Positions 22,704 through 32,492 of a DNA stretch of 64,000 nucleotides are shown here, one piece after another. Every line of letters starts with the position of its first letter. The stretch's first letter is position 1. This DNA comes from an uncultured Rhizobium sp. (GTDB lineage: Bacteria; Pseudomonadota; Alphaproteobacteria; Micropepsales; Micropepsaceae), in contig CAYQZM010000207.1 in assembly GCA_964421935.1 (NCBI GenBank), positions 5,567-69,566 on the forward strand, given 5' to 3'. The translations under genes were made by a program, and so were the position numbers. The notes beneath the pieces were generated by a model. It did not search any database and was not told the origin of the DNA. It saw only the letters and a program-made list of their open reading frames with translations.

Positions 22704-25700
22704 TCAGTAGTTGAGACGCACGCCGACACGGAACATGCGGCCGATCACGTCGTAGAGCACCTGGTTGTTGTCCTGGGTGCCGATATCCGGCGGCCGGATG
22801 TTCGAGATGTTATCGATCTTGGTATAGAACTGGGTCTGGGGGCTGTAATCCCAGTGCAAGCCGACATCAAGGTAGAACATGGAACTGACCTTGTTGAAGT
22901 TGATCGTCGGCCACTGAATTGTCGGCGCCGGGCAACTGCCGGGATTGCAAACGATGTAATTGCGGTTAGGGGTGGTGACGCCGGGTGAATACCAACGCTC
23001 CGTCAGGTCGAAACCCCAAATGTCGTTCGTATAGCTCTGGGTTTCGTAAATCTTGTAGTTGAAGATGTCACCGCCGAACTGGGTGTAGGTCTGGCCGTTA
23101 TTGCCGGCGTTCACCGCACCGGTCAGTTCCTGATTCTGCTGGGTACCTGGAATGCCCGAGCTGAAAATGAACTTGCTGATGTGGTTGACCAATGACCGCA
23201 AGGTGAAGGTACCGGGAACGTCGTAATCCTGCAGGTCGAAGGTGTAGGAGGTTTCGATGTCAAAGCCGTCGGTCACCATGGTCGCGGCATTGAAGGGCTG
23301 GGCAATGATCTGCACGACGTTGTTGGGATCGGTGACCCGGCCTGGGACAGCAAGGGATTGCGGTTGGCCGTTTGCCGTCCTGATCGCGGTCTGGGCACAC
23401 CAATTGTTGAACGGGATCACCCCCGTTGCCTGGAAGAAGCACTGGTCCTCGATGTTCTGGGTACCATAGCTGAAAATCGCCTTGGCCAGACCGATGCGGA
23501 AGTAGTCGATCGAAGTCTGGAAGCCCGGAAGGAAGTCCGGCTGCCATACGATACCGAGCGCGGTGGTGTATGCCCGTTCCGGTTTCAGACCGAGATTGCC
23601 CGCGGTAACACCGATCAGGTTGTGATTGATGTCGGTGGGGAAAAAGTCGTTGTTGAAGCTGCCATTGGCGCCAACCGGCGGCGGCTCCAGTTCCGACAGG
23701 TTCGGGGCGCGAATGTCGCGGGATTGGGTGCCGCGAATGGTAACGCCCGGAAGGGGTGTGGCCCAGGTCAGGCCCACCTTCCAGGTATTGGCATCGCCAG
23801 CGGTTGAATAGCGCGCATGGCGGCCCGCGATATCCGCGTCGATCTTGCCCCAGAATTGATCGTTGAGCAGCGGGACACCGAATTCCAGGAACACTTCGTT
23901 CACATGGTAGGTGCCGCGGCCGTTCTTGTAGTTACCGGCGTTGTACGCGCCGAGCGGACCCCAGGTGGTCAAACCGCAATCGATGAAGGGATCGGTGCAG
24001 GGTTCGTTGACGGTGGGCGGGGTGGAGGCGGTCACGCCAGCGGCATAGGGGTCGGAACGCTGCGAATAATGTTCCTCGCGATAGGCGTAACCCGCCGCGA
24101 CCGCAACCGGACCGGCCCAAAGTTCAAACGGCGAGCCGTTGATGCTGAAGTCGAAGGATTCCTGCCGGTTGGTCTGGATCGAACTGATGTGCTGAAGTTG
24201 GCCGGCCGGGACCTGCTGGTTGTCGAAATAGGCTTGCGCCGCCGGGTTGATGGGCGAATTGCCGAAGGGATTGAAGGGCACGCAGCCGAAAGACTGGGCG
24301 AGGGTGTTGCGGCAGACGATGTTGCCGGCCGCATTGACCACCGCGTCCTGCGCCAGATTGAAGCGTGAGAGCAGGGTGTTGTCTGGATTTCCCGTCGCCG
24401 GATTCACCGGCGTGTTCGACAGCGGCATGTTGTAGATCTTGACGCTGGTGTTGCTTTCACCATGCTCGAAATACGAGGCCCAGTTCCACTTGCTGCCGAA
24501 CAGGTCGAAGAGGCCGTCACCACCCACAACAAAGCGGCGGGTTTGGCGATAGATGTGCATGTTCTGGTCGGTCAGGATATTGGCCCAGTTGCTGCCGAAC
24601 GGAATGCCGACGCCGTTATCGTTGATGTTCTTGCCGGCGGGGGTGGGATAGGCAGCCAGACATGCCGCCAGCGTGTCCGCCGCGCTGAGATTGGCGCCGA
24701 ACAGATTTGTTGCCGGCAGATAGGCGTTATCGCAGTGAATGAAGCCGGATTTGTCCGAATTGCCCTGGGCCGGCGTGTTCTCGGTGCGAACGCCGGAATA
24801 GGTCAGGGTGGCGTAGACTTCCGTGTCTGGGGTCAGGTCATAGGACGCGCGCATATACACGCTGCCGCGGGTGAGCGGATTTATCAGGCCCTGGGTGAAT
24901 TCATGGGTGTCGACCTGGTCGCCCGGCGCGGTGGGGGTACCGAAGCACCTGCCGCCGATGGCGCCGACCAGCCCGCCGGTCGCATTTCTGGTGCAGCTGC
25001 CGGCAAGGGGTTCGGGATAGGCAACCCCGTTAGAGCCGAAGGTATAGCCGGCCTTGGGACCGTTCTGGACCAGGCCATAGGCCGCAAACTGGGTCTGCAT
25101 CATCAGCGGACCATAGAAAGACTGCGGCTGGCCCACCGGAGTCTGGGAGGGCGTGCTGCCGTACGTCGCAGTGCCCGACGTCCGCGAGAGATCGCGGCCA
25201 CCGATATTGCCTGGCAGCGCCGTATGCTGCTGGCTCTGCGGATAGCGCGGCAGCAGACCGTCATTGTAGCTGTATTCGACCGCCGTTTCGAAATGCCCCC
25301 GGCCACCGGCAAAGGCTGTACCCGCAGCGGCCTGCCAGGTCACATTGCCCATGTCGCCGTAGCCGGAAAGGCCGGCCACCGCGTTCATCTTGAAGCCTTC
25401 GTACTTCTTGTCGGTCACGAAGTTGACCACGCCGGCCACCGCGTCCGAACCCCAGGCGGCCGATGCGCCGCCGGTCACGATGTCCACACGCTGGATCAGC
25501 ATCTGCGGCACCATGCTGACGTCCACGGTGCCGTTCAGGTTGGCAGCGACGTAGCGCTGATTGTCGATAAGGACCAGGGTGCGCAGGGGCGAGAGACCGC
25601 GCAGGCCGATGGCCGACAAGCCGATCAGTCCGTTGGAGGTGGTGCCCGCCTGCGCGGCGGCGCCTGTCGAACCCTGCACGGCAGGCAGGTTGGTCAGGGT

Positions 25701-25913
25701 ATCGAAGACACTGGGCTTGGCTTGTGCTTGAATATCCGCAGCGCCGATGACGGTCGTCGGTGTCGGTGCATCAAAGCCCGCCGCCTGCAGACGCGTGGAG
25801 GTGACGATAACCTGCTCCACATTCTCTTGCGCCATCGCCGCACCTGCGCCGAGCGCCAGAATGGCCGCACCGCTCGCAAGACGCGCACGCGTCTTGGTAA
25901 GACCGAAAAGCAT
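22704..25913 (-). CDS. TonB-dependent receptor (1069 aa)
   Basis: Signal peptide. Plug-domain motifs VIVTSTRLQ, GLRGLSPLRTLVLIDNQRY and VDIVTGGASAAWGSDAVAGVVNFVT. Gly/Tyr/Asn-rich barrel ending ...FRVGVRLNY (C-terminal aromatic residue). Confidence 0.9.
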   Translation of the reverse strand: MLFGLTKTRARLASGAAILALGAGAAMAQENVEQVIVTSTRLQAAGFDAPTPTTVIGAADIQAQAKPSVFDTLTNLPAVQGSTGAAAQAGTTSNGLIGLSAIGLRGLSPLRTLVLIDNQRYVAANLNGTVDVSMVPQMLIQRVDIVTGGASAAWGSDAVAGVVNFVTDKKYEGFKMNAVAGLSGYGDMGNVTWQAAAGTAFAGGRGHFETAVEYSYNDGLLPRYPQSQQHTALPGNIGGRDLSRTSGTATYGSTPSQTPVGQPQSFYGPLMMQTQFAAYGLVQNGPKAGYTFGSNGVAYPEPLAGSCTRNATGGLVGAIGGRCFGTPTAPGDQVDTHEFTQGLINPLTRGSVYMRASYDLTPDTEVYATLTYSGVRTENTPAQGNSDKSGFIHCDNAYLPATNLFGANLSAADTLAACLAAYPTPAGKNINDNGVGIPFGSNWANILTDQNMHIYRQTRRFVVGGDGLFDLFGSKWNWASYFEHGESNTSVKIYNMPLSNTPVNPATGNPDNTLLSRFNLAQDAVVNAAGNIVCRNTLAQSFGCVPFNPFGNSPINPAAQAYFDNQQVPAGQLQHISSIQTNRQESFDFSINGSPFELWAGPVAVAAGYAYREEHYSQRSDPYAAGVTASTPPTVNEPCTDPFIDCGLTTWGPLGAYNAGNYKNGRGTYHVNEVFLEFGVPLLNDQFWGKIDADIAGRHARYSTAGDANTWKVGLTWATPLPGVTIRGTQSRDIRAPNLSELEPPPVGANGSFNNDFFPTDINHNLIGVTAGNLGLKPERAYTTALGIVWQPDFLPGFQTSIDYFRIGLAKAIFSYGTQNIEDQCFFQATGVIPFNNWCAQTAIRTANGQPQSLAVPGRVTDPNNVVQIIAQPFNAATMVTDGFDIETSYTFDLQDYDVPGTFTLRSLVNHISKFIFSSGIPGTQQNQELTGAVNAGNNGQTYTQFGGDIFNYKIYETQSYTNDIWGFDLTERWYSPGVTTPNRNYIVCNPGSCPAPTIQWPTINFNKVSSMFYLDVGLHWDYSPQTQFYTKIDNISNIRPPDIGTQDNNQVLYDVIGRMFRVGVRLNY

Positions 25914-26112
25914 GAGAGCCCCCCTCTAAAACTTTCGTTATGGATGAATTTGAACTCACATGGTTTGCGGCGACAAGGGCGCAAACGGGCGGAAAAGCTG
26001 GCTAAATCGGGGAAATGACAAAACGTCGTGGACCTGTTGCTCGCAAGTACCAGTGTATACATGACGTAGCTGTCATTATGCTTTAGATAGATTGCATAAA
26101 GGGTTAGGTCAG

Positions 26113-26502
26113 ATGGCGACAGGAAAACCCGTCCGTTTCACCGACGCAGATGCAGCACGGCGATACCTGGAAACGCTGCTATGGCACGATGGTCCGGTCT
26201 GTCCCCACTGCCGAGTCGTGGGTCATGCCACGGCGCTGAAAGGCAAATCCACGCGGCCTGGCGTGTACTGGTGCAATGCCTGCAGAAAGCCGTTCAGCGT
26301 CACGGTCGGCACCATCTACGAACGCTCTCACATCCCGCTGAATGTCTGGCTCTATGCCAACCATCTGCTTTGCGGCAGCAAGACCGGCATTTCCGCGCAG
26401 CGTTTGGCGCGCATGCTCGGTGTTTCCTACAAGACCGCCTGGCACATGGTCCGCCATATTCGCGCGGCGATATCTTCCGATCCCGCCGACAAGCCGTCCT
26501 GA
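26113..26502 (+). CDS. IS1595-family transposase N-terminal module only (zinc ribbon + HTH, no DDE domain)
   Basis: FTDADAARRYLETLLWHDGPVCPHCRVVGHATALKG...YWCNACRKPFSVTVGTIYERSHIPLNVWLYANHLL...ISAQRLARMLGVSYKTAWHMVRHIR. The ORF stops after ~130 aa, where a DDE domain would begin. Confidence 0.65.
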   Translation: MATGKPVRFTDADAARRYLETLLWHDGPVCPHCRVVGHATALKGKSTRPGVYWCNACRKPFSVTVGTIYERSHIPLNVWLYANHLLCGSKTGISAQRLARMLGVSYKTAWHMVRHIRAAISSDPADKPS

Positions 26503-26536
26503 TCGCTTGATGATTTCGCGCTGAAGCAACCGGAAG

Positions 26537-26668
26537 CTATCGCTGAACTTCCGAGATTTTCGAGTCAGCCTTGCCCTTTGGCTTCATCTCGACATGCGGT
26601 TTGGGCGGGGTTTTCAGCATTCGCAGCAGGATTTCGTCTTCACGCTTTTGGCTGTCTGATTTTGCCAT
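26537..26668 (-). CDS. Small hypothetical protein (43 aa)
   Basis: MAKSDSQKREDEILLRMLKTPPKPHVEMKPKGKADSKISEVQR. Lies 19 nt downstream of the D-aminoacylase stop on the same strand. Weak support. Confidence 0.3.
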   Translation of the reverse strand: MAKSDSQKREDEILLRMLKTPPKPHVEMKPKGKADSKISEVQR

Positions 26669-26687
26669 GAAGCGCTCTTCGTCCGCT

Positions 26688-28349
26688 TTAGGGTGTGCCG
26701 GGCTTGTAGCCGGGGCCGCGCAATACCTGGCCGGGAAGCGCGTTGGTGGGCTTGCCATTCGCCACCACCGCCACACCGTTGACGAACACCCAGTCAACGC
26801 CCTTGGAATAGCGAGCCGGATCGTCATAAGTCGCCACGTCTTGAACCGTGGCGGGATCGAACACCACCACATCGGCTTTCATGCCCTGGCGCAGAAGGCC
26901 GCGGTCTGCCAGTCCGAGCCGGTTGGCGGCCTGGGACGTCATCTTCCGGATCGCCTCTTCCAGGGTGAAGACATGGCGCTTGCGCACATATTCCGCCAGC
27001 AGGCGCGTGTGACTGGCGAAAGAGCGCGGATGCGGACTGCCAAAGGCCGTACGCACACCAGCCGGCAGGGCAATGCCGTCCGAGCCGATATCCATCCAGG
27101 GATTGTTCAGCATCTCGACGACAATCGCATCGCGCTTGCCGGTTGGGATGCCCATGTCGAAACCTTCGCCCTTCATCTTGACCAGGATGTTCACGATGGC
27201 TTCTTCGGGGGCCACATGCATCGTGCCGGCGATCTGGGTCACGGTCTTGCCGTCATAATCGGGATTGGCCGAGGCCACCTTGGTCCGGGAGTAATCGCTG
27301 TGCTTGGCCTTCATCTCTGTCAGGATGCGGGCGCGGCTGTCAGGCTTCTGCAGGCGCGCCACGATGTCGGCAGAATTGCCCTCCAGCGCCCATTCGGGCA
27401 GCGACTGACGCAGATAGCTCCAGCCGGTTTCGTAGGGATAGGAATTGCCGGTGATGTCCACGCCATCCGCGCGCGCCTGACGCAGCACCCGAAGATAGCC
27501 GTCGGGGTCCATGCCAACGCTGGCGCCCAGATGGAATATCTCCACCGGGATATGGGCGCCCTTGGCCACCGCGATCGCTTCGCGCAACCCGTCAACGCCG
27601 GTGGCATTGCGGATGTGGATCGCAAAGATGCCGCCATAACTGCCCGCGACCTTGCACAATTCGACCATCTGGGGGACGTCGAAGAAGGAATTGGGCACGT
27701 ACCACATGCCTGCCGACACGCCGAAAGCGCCCTCTTCCATCGCCTGGCGCACCAGTTGCTTCATCCGGTCCATCTGCGCCGGTGTCGGCTTGGTGTTGCC
27801 ATAGCCCATGGCCGAAGCGCGCACCTGGCCCATGCCGACATAGGACGCGACGTTCAGGCCGATGCCTTTCTTCTCCAGATAGGAGAAAAAGCCGCCCAAG
27901 GTGGTCCAGCTGCGCTTGACCGGCGGCGTCACCATCATGGGATCGTCCACCGCCGGACCAAGCACGGGACCGGCCGAAAGATGCTCGCCCATCACATCGG
28001 TGGTGATGCCCTGGGTGACCTTGCTGAGCGCACGGCCGTCCAGCGATAGGCCGAACTCGGAATGGGAATGCATGTCGATGAAGCCGGGCGATATCACCTT
28101 GCCGGCGGCGTCGATCACGCGCTTTGCCGTCACGGGCGCGCGGCCGACATACACAATCTTGTCGCCGGTGATGGCGACATTGGCCTGCACCCACGGACCG
28201 CCACTGCCATCCACGACATGGCCGTTCTTGATCAGGATATCCGCCTGGGTCGGGCCTTGCGCCTCGACGCTCGCCGCGCCAGCGAAAAGAAAAAGCGCGA
28301 GCGCGGCCACCTTGGGGCCCCAACCCTGTTTATGCGGTGCTGGTGCCAT
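26688..28349 (-). CDS. N-acyl-D-amino-acid deacylase (D-aminoacylase, amidohydrolase superfamily), Sec-signal bearing
   Basis: Signal-like KVAALALFLFAGAASVEAQG. Then ILIKNGHVVDGSGGPWVQANVAITGDKIVYVG and ISPGFIDMHSHSEF, plus a D-aminoacylase-type C-terminal part. Start ATG 28349. Confidence 0.85.
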   Translation of the reverse strand: MAPAPHKQGWGPKVAALALFLFAGAASVEAQGPTQADILIKNGHVVDGSGGPWVQANVAITGDKIVYVGRAPVTAKRVIDAAGKVISPGFIDMHSHSEFGLSLDGRALSKVTQGITTDVMGEHLSAGPVLGPAVDDPMMVTPPVKRSWTTLGGFFSYLEKKGIGLNVASYVGMGQVRASAMGYGNTKPTPAQMDRMKQLVRQAMEEGAFGVSAGMWYVPNSFFDVPQMVELCKVAGSYGGIFAIHIRNATGVDGLREAIAVAKGAHIPVEIFHLGASVGMDPDGYLRVLRQARADGVDITGNSYPYETGWSYLRQSLPEWALEGNSADIVARLQKPDSRARILTEMKAKHSDYSRTKVASANPDYDGKTVTQIAGTMHVAPEEAIVNILVKMKGEGFDMGIPTGKRDAIVVEMLNNPWMDIGSDGIALPAGVRTAFGSPHPRSFASHTRLLAEYVRKRHVFTLEEAIRKMTSQAANRLGLADRGLLRQGMKADVVVFDPATVQDVATYDDPARYSKGVDWVFVNGVAVVANGKPTNALPGQVLRGPGYKPGTP

Positions 28350-28505
28350 GAACAGCCCCCCGGCTTCTCGTCCCGCAAGGACCAGTGTGTGGAGGAAAGA
28401 TCCTCCTGGCAACCCCGGTCTTTCCTTTTTGATGTTGCACGGCGCCATTGACGGCTCTTGCAAGTGATACCAACGTGGGCCGTTCCGACTTGGGGTGGGC
28501 TAGGA

Positions 28506-29711
28506 ATGGACCGTCGGCACCTGTTGAAGAATTCGCTCGCGCTGGGCGGCCTTGTCGGTCTTGGCACCGCGGCATCCCGCACCGCGGCGGCCCAAACATC
28601 GGGTGTGCCATTCATGGACCGCCCGCCCAAGTTGATCCCGATGCGGGCACATCCCGACCGTATCTACGACATCAAGTGCTGCATCCGGCCGTTTCGCACC
28701 AAAGGCCCGCGCCTGGATGTCGAGCATATCGGCGATGCCATGGTGGTCCACAATTACGGCCATAGCGGTGCCGGCTGGTCGCTCTCCTGGGGTTCCGCCG
28801 ACATGCAGGTGCAGAAGGCGATGTCGCGCAGCCCCAGGAAGATTGCCGTGCTAGGCTGCGGCATTATCGGGATTACCTCTGCGATCATGGCGCAACGGGC
28901 CGGCGCCCAGGTCACCATCTACACCCGCGAACTGTTTCATCGCACCCGATCGGTGCGCGCCAATGGCAGCTGGACGCCGGCCTCGCACATGGCACTGGCT
29001 TCGGAAGCCCCCTCCAACCTGGGCGACGTATGGGAGCGGATGACCCGCATCTCCTGGAAGAATTTGCGCCAGTTCGTCGGCATGGCCGGCGATCCGGTGA
29101 AGTTCGCCGACCATTATTATCTCTCCGACACGCCGTTCGATGCGCCGCCGCCCCCTCCTCCGCCAAGCCCGATTCCGATTCCGCAATATTACGAGCTGGG
29201 TGACCGGGTCGGCGACATCACCGCCGCGCGCCAGACCTTGACGCCCGACATCAACCCTTTCCCGGTACAGTATGCCCAGCGCACCACCTATCTGTTTTTC
29301 AATTTCAGCGAATATGGCCATGTGCTGATGAGCGCGTTCTTCGCCGCCGGCGGCAAGATCGTGATGCGCGATTTCCATTCGCCCAGCGAACTGGCCCATC
29401 TGCCCGAGAAGGTGATCATCAACTGCCCCGGCTATGCGGCACGCGATTTCTGGAAAGACACGGCGATGGTGCCCCATCGCGGCCAGACCGAGTGGCTGAT
29501 CCCGCAGCCGGAAGTCAATTACGGGCTGACCTATCGCAACGTCGAAGCCCGTTCCAAGAGCGACGGCATCATGATGATCGATATCGGCGTGCCCGGCGGT
29601 CTGCCCAAGGGCTACGGCAACAGCAATGAGGTGCCAGATCGCGCAGAGGCCGAGCGGGCCGTGCGCGTGATGGAAGAACTTTTCTCGCGCTTCCCCGCCA
29701 CCCCGGTTTGA
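28506..29711 (+). CDS. FAD-dependent oxidoreductase of the D-amino-acid oxidase (DAO) family with Tat signal
   Basis: Twin-arginine N-terminus MDRRHLLKNSLALGGLVGLGTAASRTAAAQ. Dinucleotide fold KIAVLGCGIIGITSAIMAQRAGAQVTIYTRE. RBS GGTGGGCTAGGA before ATG 28506. Confidence 0.85.
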   Translation: MDRRHLLKNSLALGGLVGLGTAASRTAAAQTSGVPFMDRPPKLIPMRAHPDRIYDIKCCIRPFRTKGPRLDVEHIGDAMVVHNYGHSGAGWSLSWGSADMQVQKAMSRSPRKIAVLGCGIIGITSAIMAQRAGAQVTIYTRELFHRTRSVRANGSWTPASHMALASEAPSNLGDVWERMTRISWKNLRQFVGMAGDPVKFADHYYLSDTPFDAPPPPPPPSPIPIPQYYELGDRVGDITAARQTLTPDINPFPVQYAQRTTYLFFNFSEYGHVLMSAFFAAGGKIVMRDFHSPSELAHLPEKVIINCPGYAARDFWKDTAMVPHRGQTEWLIPQPEVNYGLTYRNVEARSKSDGIMMIDIGVPGGLPKGYGNSNEVPDRAEAERAVRVMEELFSRFPATPV

Positions 29712-29722
29712 GGAGAACGGTC

Positions 29723-30154
29723 ATGCGACAGAGCAGAATTATTGGCTGCGCCCTGATATTGGGGCTGGGTATCGCAGGCGCCCAGGCCCGAACCTCGATC
29801 TGGGACGGTGTCTATACCGAGACCCAGGCCGAACATGGCCGCACGCTTTACATGCAGAATTGCGGCCGCTGCCACGGCGCCGATCTGTCGGGCACTTTTG
29901 AGATTCCACCACTTGTCGGGCGATTCATGCCGTACTGGTCCGGTTCCACCCTGGACACGCTGTTCGATTATGTCAGCACCGCGATGCCGCTTGGCAATCC
30001 CGGCTCGCTCAGCGCGGCCGCCAATACCGATATCGTGGCCTTCATCCTGAAGAGCAACGATATCCCATCGGGGGCAAAGGAACTCAGCAGCGGCCAGATG
30101 AAGACCATCAATTTCGATTCGGCCAAACCTTCGCCCAAGCGCCCGCCGAATTAG
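29723..30154 (+). CDS. Mono-haem c-type cytochrome
   Basis: Signal peptide. Haem-binding CGRCHG (CxxCH) and a distal Met region STAMPLGNPGSL. RBS GAGGAGA lies 7 nt before the ATG. Follows 11 nt after the oxidoreductase stop (29709-29711), with its RBS overlapping that stop. Confidence 0.8.
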   Translation: MRQSRIIGCALILGLGIAGAQARTSIWDGVYTETQAEHGRTLYMQNCGRCHGADLSGTFEIPPLVGRFMPYWSGSTLDTLFDYVSTAMPLGNPGSLSAAANTDIVAFILKSNDIPSGAKELSSGQMKTINFDSAKPSPKRPPN

Positions 30155-30271
30155 CGCGTTCGCCGCTTTCCTCACATTTTCCTTCGGGTTGCCCCCACGC
30201 AGCTATTTTGTTTCAATCGGTGGGCAAGCGGTTGCGGGCAAGTCCCATCGCTGGCGCAACTGGGGAAGTGC

Positions 30272-31027
30272 ATGCGCCGTATTTTTTGGCTTTTCGTGCC
30301 CATATTGCTGGGCCTGATGGTGCCGGCCGCAGCGCGTCCCCGCGATGATGCACTGACCGGCGCGATCCGCTGCGGTGTCGTCACCGATTCCCGGCAATGG
30401 CTGGATTGCTACTACGGCGCCGCCCAGCCGGTACGCGCCGCGCTGGGGCTGGCCCCCGCGCTTGCAGGGCAGATCAGCCTGGCCGCATCGCCTCCGGCTG
30501 GCGGGGCGCCGCGCGATGAAGCGATACGCGACCAGGTAGTGGCGGGAGCCGCCGGCTGCACGCGCGAGACGGCGGATCGCCAGTGGCTGGATTGCTACTA
30601 CGCCGCCGCGATGCCCATGCGCGTGCAGCTCGGCCTGTCGGCGCCGCAAGGCGCAGTCAGACCTGTGCCCGCCCCCGCGCCGCAGTTTGCGTCCATGCCG
30701 GCCGCGCCGGCGCCCGCCAAGCCCGCGGGTCCGCCGCCGATGCCACGCCCGGTCGGCATACTCGGCGGTATATTCAGTGATCCCAAGCCGGTGGTCCACA
30801 ATGTGCCGATGCGGTCTTATGTCTTCGACAAGAACGGCGCTTTCACGGTGACGCTGCCGGATGGGCAGGTCTGGCGGCAGTCTCCCGAGGACGAGATTTA
30901 TCATCGCGCCCGCTGGCGCCGGCCAGCCGAGCGGATGCTGGTCACCATCAAGCCGGACGCGATGCATACTTACATTCTGACGCTGTCGGATGAAAACTAC
31001 ATGTACAAGGTCCACCGCATACGCTGA
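30272..31027 (+). CDS. Secreted hypothetical protein with duplicated C..WL[DN]CYY.A..P.R..LGL module (paralog A)
   Basis: Signal peptide MRRIFWLFVPILLGLMVPAAA. Two modules: AIRCGVVTDSRQWLDCYYGAAQPVRAALGLAP and AAGCTRETADRQWLDCYYAAAMPMRVQLGLSAP. A Pro/Ala linker, then C-terminal domain YVFDKNGAFTVTLPDGQVWRQ. Paralog at 62944..63633. Confidence 0.75.
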   Translation: MRRIFWLFVPILLGLMVPAAARPRDDALTGAIRCGVVTDSRQWLDCYYGAAQPVRAALGLAPALAGQISLAASPPAGGAPRDEAIRDQVVAGAAGCTRETADRQWLDCYYAAAMPMRVQLGLSAPQGAVRPVPAPAPQFASMPAAPAPAKPAGPPPMPRPVGILGGIFSDPKPVVHNVPMRSYVFDKNGAFTVTLPDGQVWRQSPEDEIYHRARWRRPAERMLVTIKPDAMHTYILTLSDENYMYKVHRIR

Positions 31028-31038
31028 CAGGAGGCGCC

Positions 31039-32319
31039 ATGTCTTCCACGTCCTATCTCCAAAGCGCCGCGGGCCGGCGCGCCTTTATCAAAACACTGGT
31101 CGCCACGCCGCTCTTCGCCGCCATGGCGACGCGCAGTTTCGCGGCCACGCTTGCAGCCGGCACCGGCAAGGCAATCGGCAATCCCTATGCCAGGCTGGGG
31201 GTCCGCACTGTCATCAACGGGCGCGGCACCTATACCTATCTGAGCGGCTGCCTAGAGCTACCGGAAGTTCGCCGTGCCGCGGAAGCAGCCTCTCATCACT
31301 TCGTGGACTTGTATGAGCTGCAGGCCGCCGCCGGCAGAAAGCTGGCGGAACTGTCCGGCGCCGAATCCGGCATCGTCACAGCGGGTGCGGCCGCCGCCAT
31401 GGCCCAGGCGACAGCCGGCTGCATCGCCGGGACCGACCCGGAAAAAATCTGGCAGCTGCCCGACACGACCGGCCTGAAACATGAAGTGGTGATGCTGGGC
31501 GGGCGCAACGCCTTCGACAGCGCCCTGCGACTGGCCGGCGGCAAGTTGGTGATCGCGGCGGACGTGCGCGATCTGGCGGCAGCCATCACATCCCAGACCG
31601 CTTTGGTCTATACGACCTTCCGCGATGAACGGGTGCAGGACGCGCTGAAAGTCACCAAGGCGGCGGGCGTGCCGCTGCTGGTCGACGCTTCCTCCTCCGT
31701 GCCGCCCTTCGAGAATTTCACCAAATTCGCCAAATGGGGTGTGGACCTCTACACCGTCAGCGGCGGCAAGGGATTGGGGGGACCCCAATGCTCAGGCGTC
31801 CTCCTGGGCCGCAAAGACCTGATCGATGCCGCCATGGCCAACAGCGCGCCCTGGGAAGGGGCGGTCTGCCGCGCCATGAAGGTCGGCAAGGAAGAGATCA
31901 TGGGCGTGCTGGCTGCCGTCGAATATTGGTCCAAGGCGGATCTCAACGCTCTCAACAGGATGTGGCAGGCCCGCGTCGAACGGGTCGCCAAGCTGGCGGA
32001 GACCGTGCCGGGCGTGACGACTTCGATCGAGATTCCGGTCGGAAGCAACTCCTATCCCACGCTGACGGTCAATTGGGATGAGGCGGCGTTCGGCCTGACC
32101 GTGGCGCAATGTGTCGACGAACTGCGCGGAGGCGAGCCATGCATCGAGCTCTTGTCTACCCAAGGCAATCGCAGCCTGTTGCCGCAGTTGCGTAAGGCCA
32201 GCGCCACGACCGTCAACAAGCTGCAGGTCGTCTCCATGACCCTGCAGCCCGGCGAGGAGCTGATCGTGGGTCGGCGCCTGCGCGAGGTTCTCAACAAGGC
32301 GCGCAAGGCGAAAGCGTAA
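31039..32319 (+). CDS. SelA-like / class V-fold PLP-dependent enzyme with Tat signal
   Basis: Twin-arginine N-terminus SAAGRRAFIKTLVATPLFAAMATRSFAA. The PLP-lysine region YTVSGGKGLGGPQCSGVLLGRKDLI resembles the SelA/DgaE family motif (S-G-x-K-x-x-G-G-P-Q). Confidence 0.75.
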   Translation: MSSTSYLQSAAGRRAFIKTLVATPLFAAMATRSFAATLAAGTGKAIGNPYARLGVRTVINGRGTYTYLSGCLELPEVRRAAEAASHHFVDLYELQAAAGRKLAELSGAESGIVTAGAAAAMAQATAGCIAGTDPEKIWQLPDTTGLKHEVVMLGGRNAFDSALRLAGGKLVIAADVRDLAAAITSQTALVYTTFRDERVQDALKVTKAAGVPLLVDASSSVPPFENFTKFAKWGVDLYTVSGGKGLGGPQCSGVLLGRKDLIDAAMANSAPWEGAVCRAMKVGKEEIMGVLAAVEYWSKADLNALNRMWQARVERVAKLAETVPGVTTSIEIPVGSNSYPTLTVNWDEAAFGLTVAQCVDELRGGEPCIELLSTQGNRSLLPQLRKASATTVNKLQVVSMTLQPGEELIVGRRLREVLNKARKAKA

Positions 32320-32492
32320 CACCGCCGAAGTAGCAGTTGAATCAGCGGCTTGTTGCACAACCGATCGTGAGCTGCGGCAGCGCTGCTTGCCGTGCGTCCA
32401 AATTGATGCACGATGGTGAGCTGCGATCAGAACAAATTGGTCCGGCATGTGCGCGGATCGGGATAATGGACCTTCAATCGGGGAACGACACC

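Noticed and set aside
24462-26018. 518-aa plus-strand ORF opposite the TonB-dependent receptor. Similar long antisense ORFs occur at 53568..55274, 26571..28049, 61123..62301, 45668..46771, 34875..35975, 41389..42336, 19517..20455 and 50201..51088.
   Set aside because: These are typical high-GC antisense shadows: Arg/Gly/Ala/Pro-dominated, with no motifs, and each fully overlapped by a gene with clear family signatures on the other strand.
29152-29202. Proline-rich DNA/protein stretch (APPPPPPPSPIPIP) in the DAO-like gene
   Set aside because: It is an in-frame low-complexity linker within a well-supported CDS, not a repeat element or slippage-induced frameshift.
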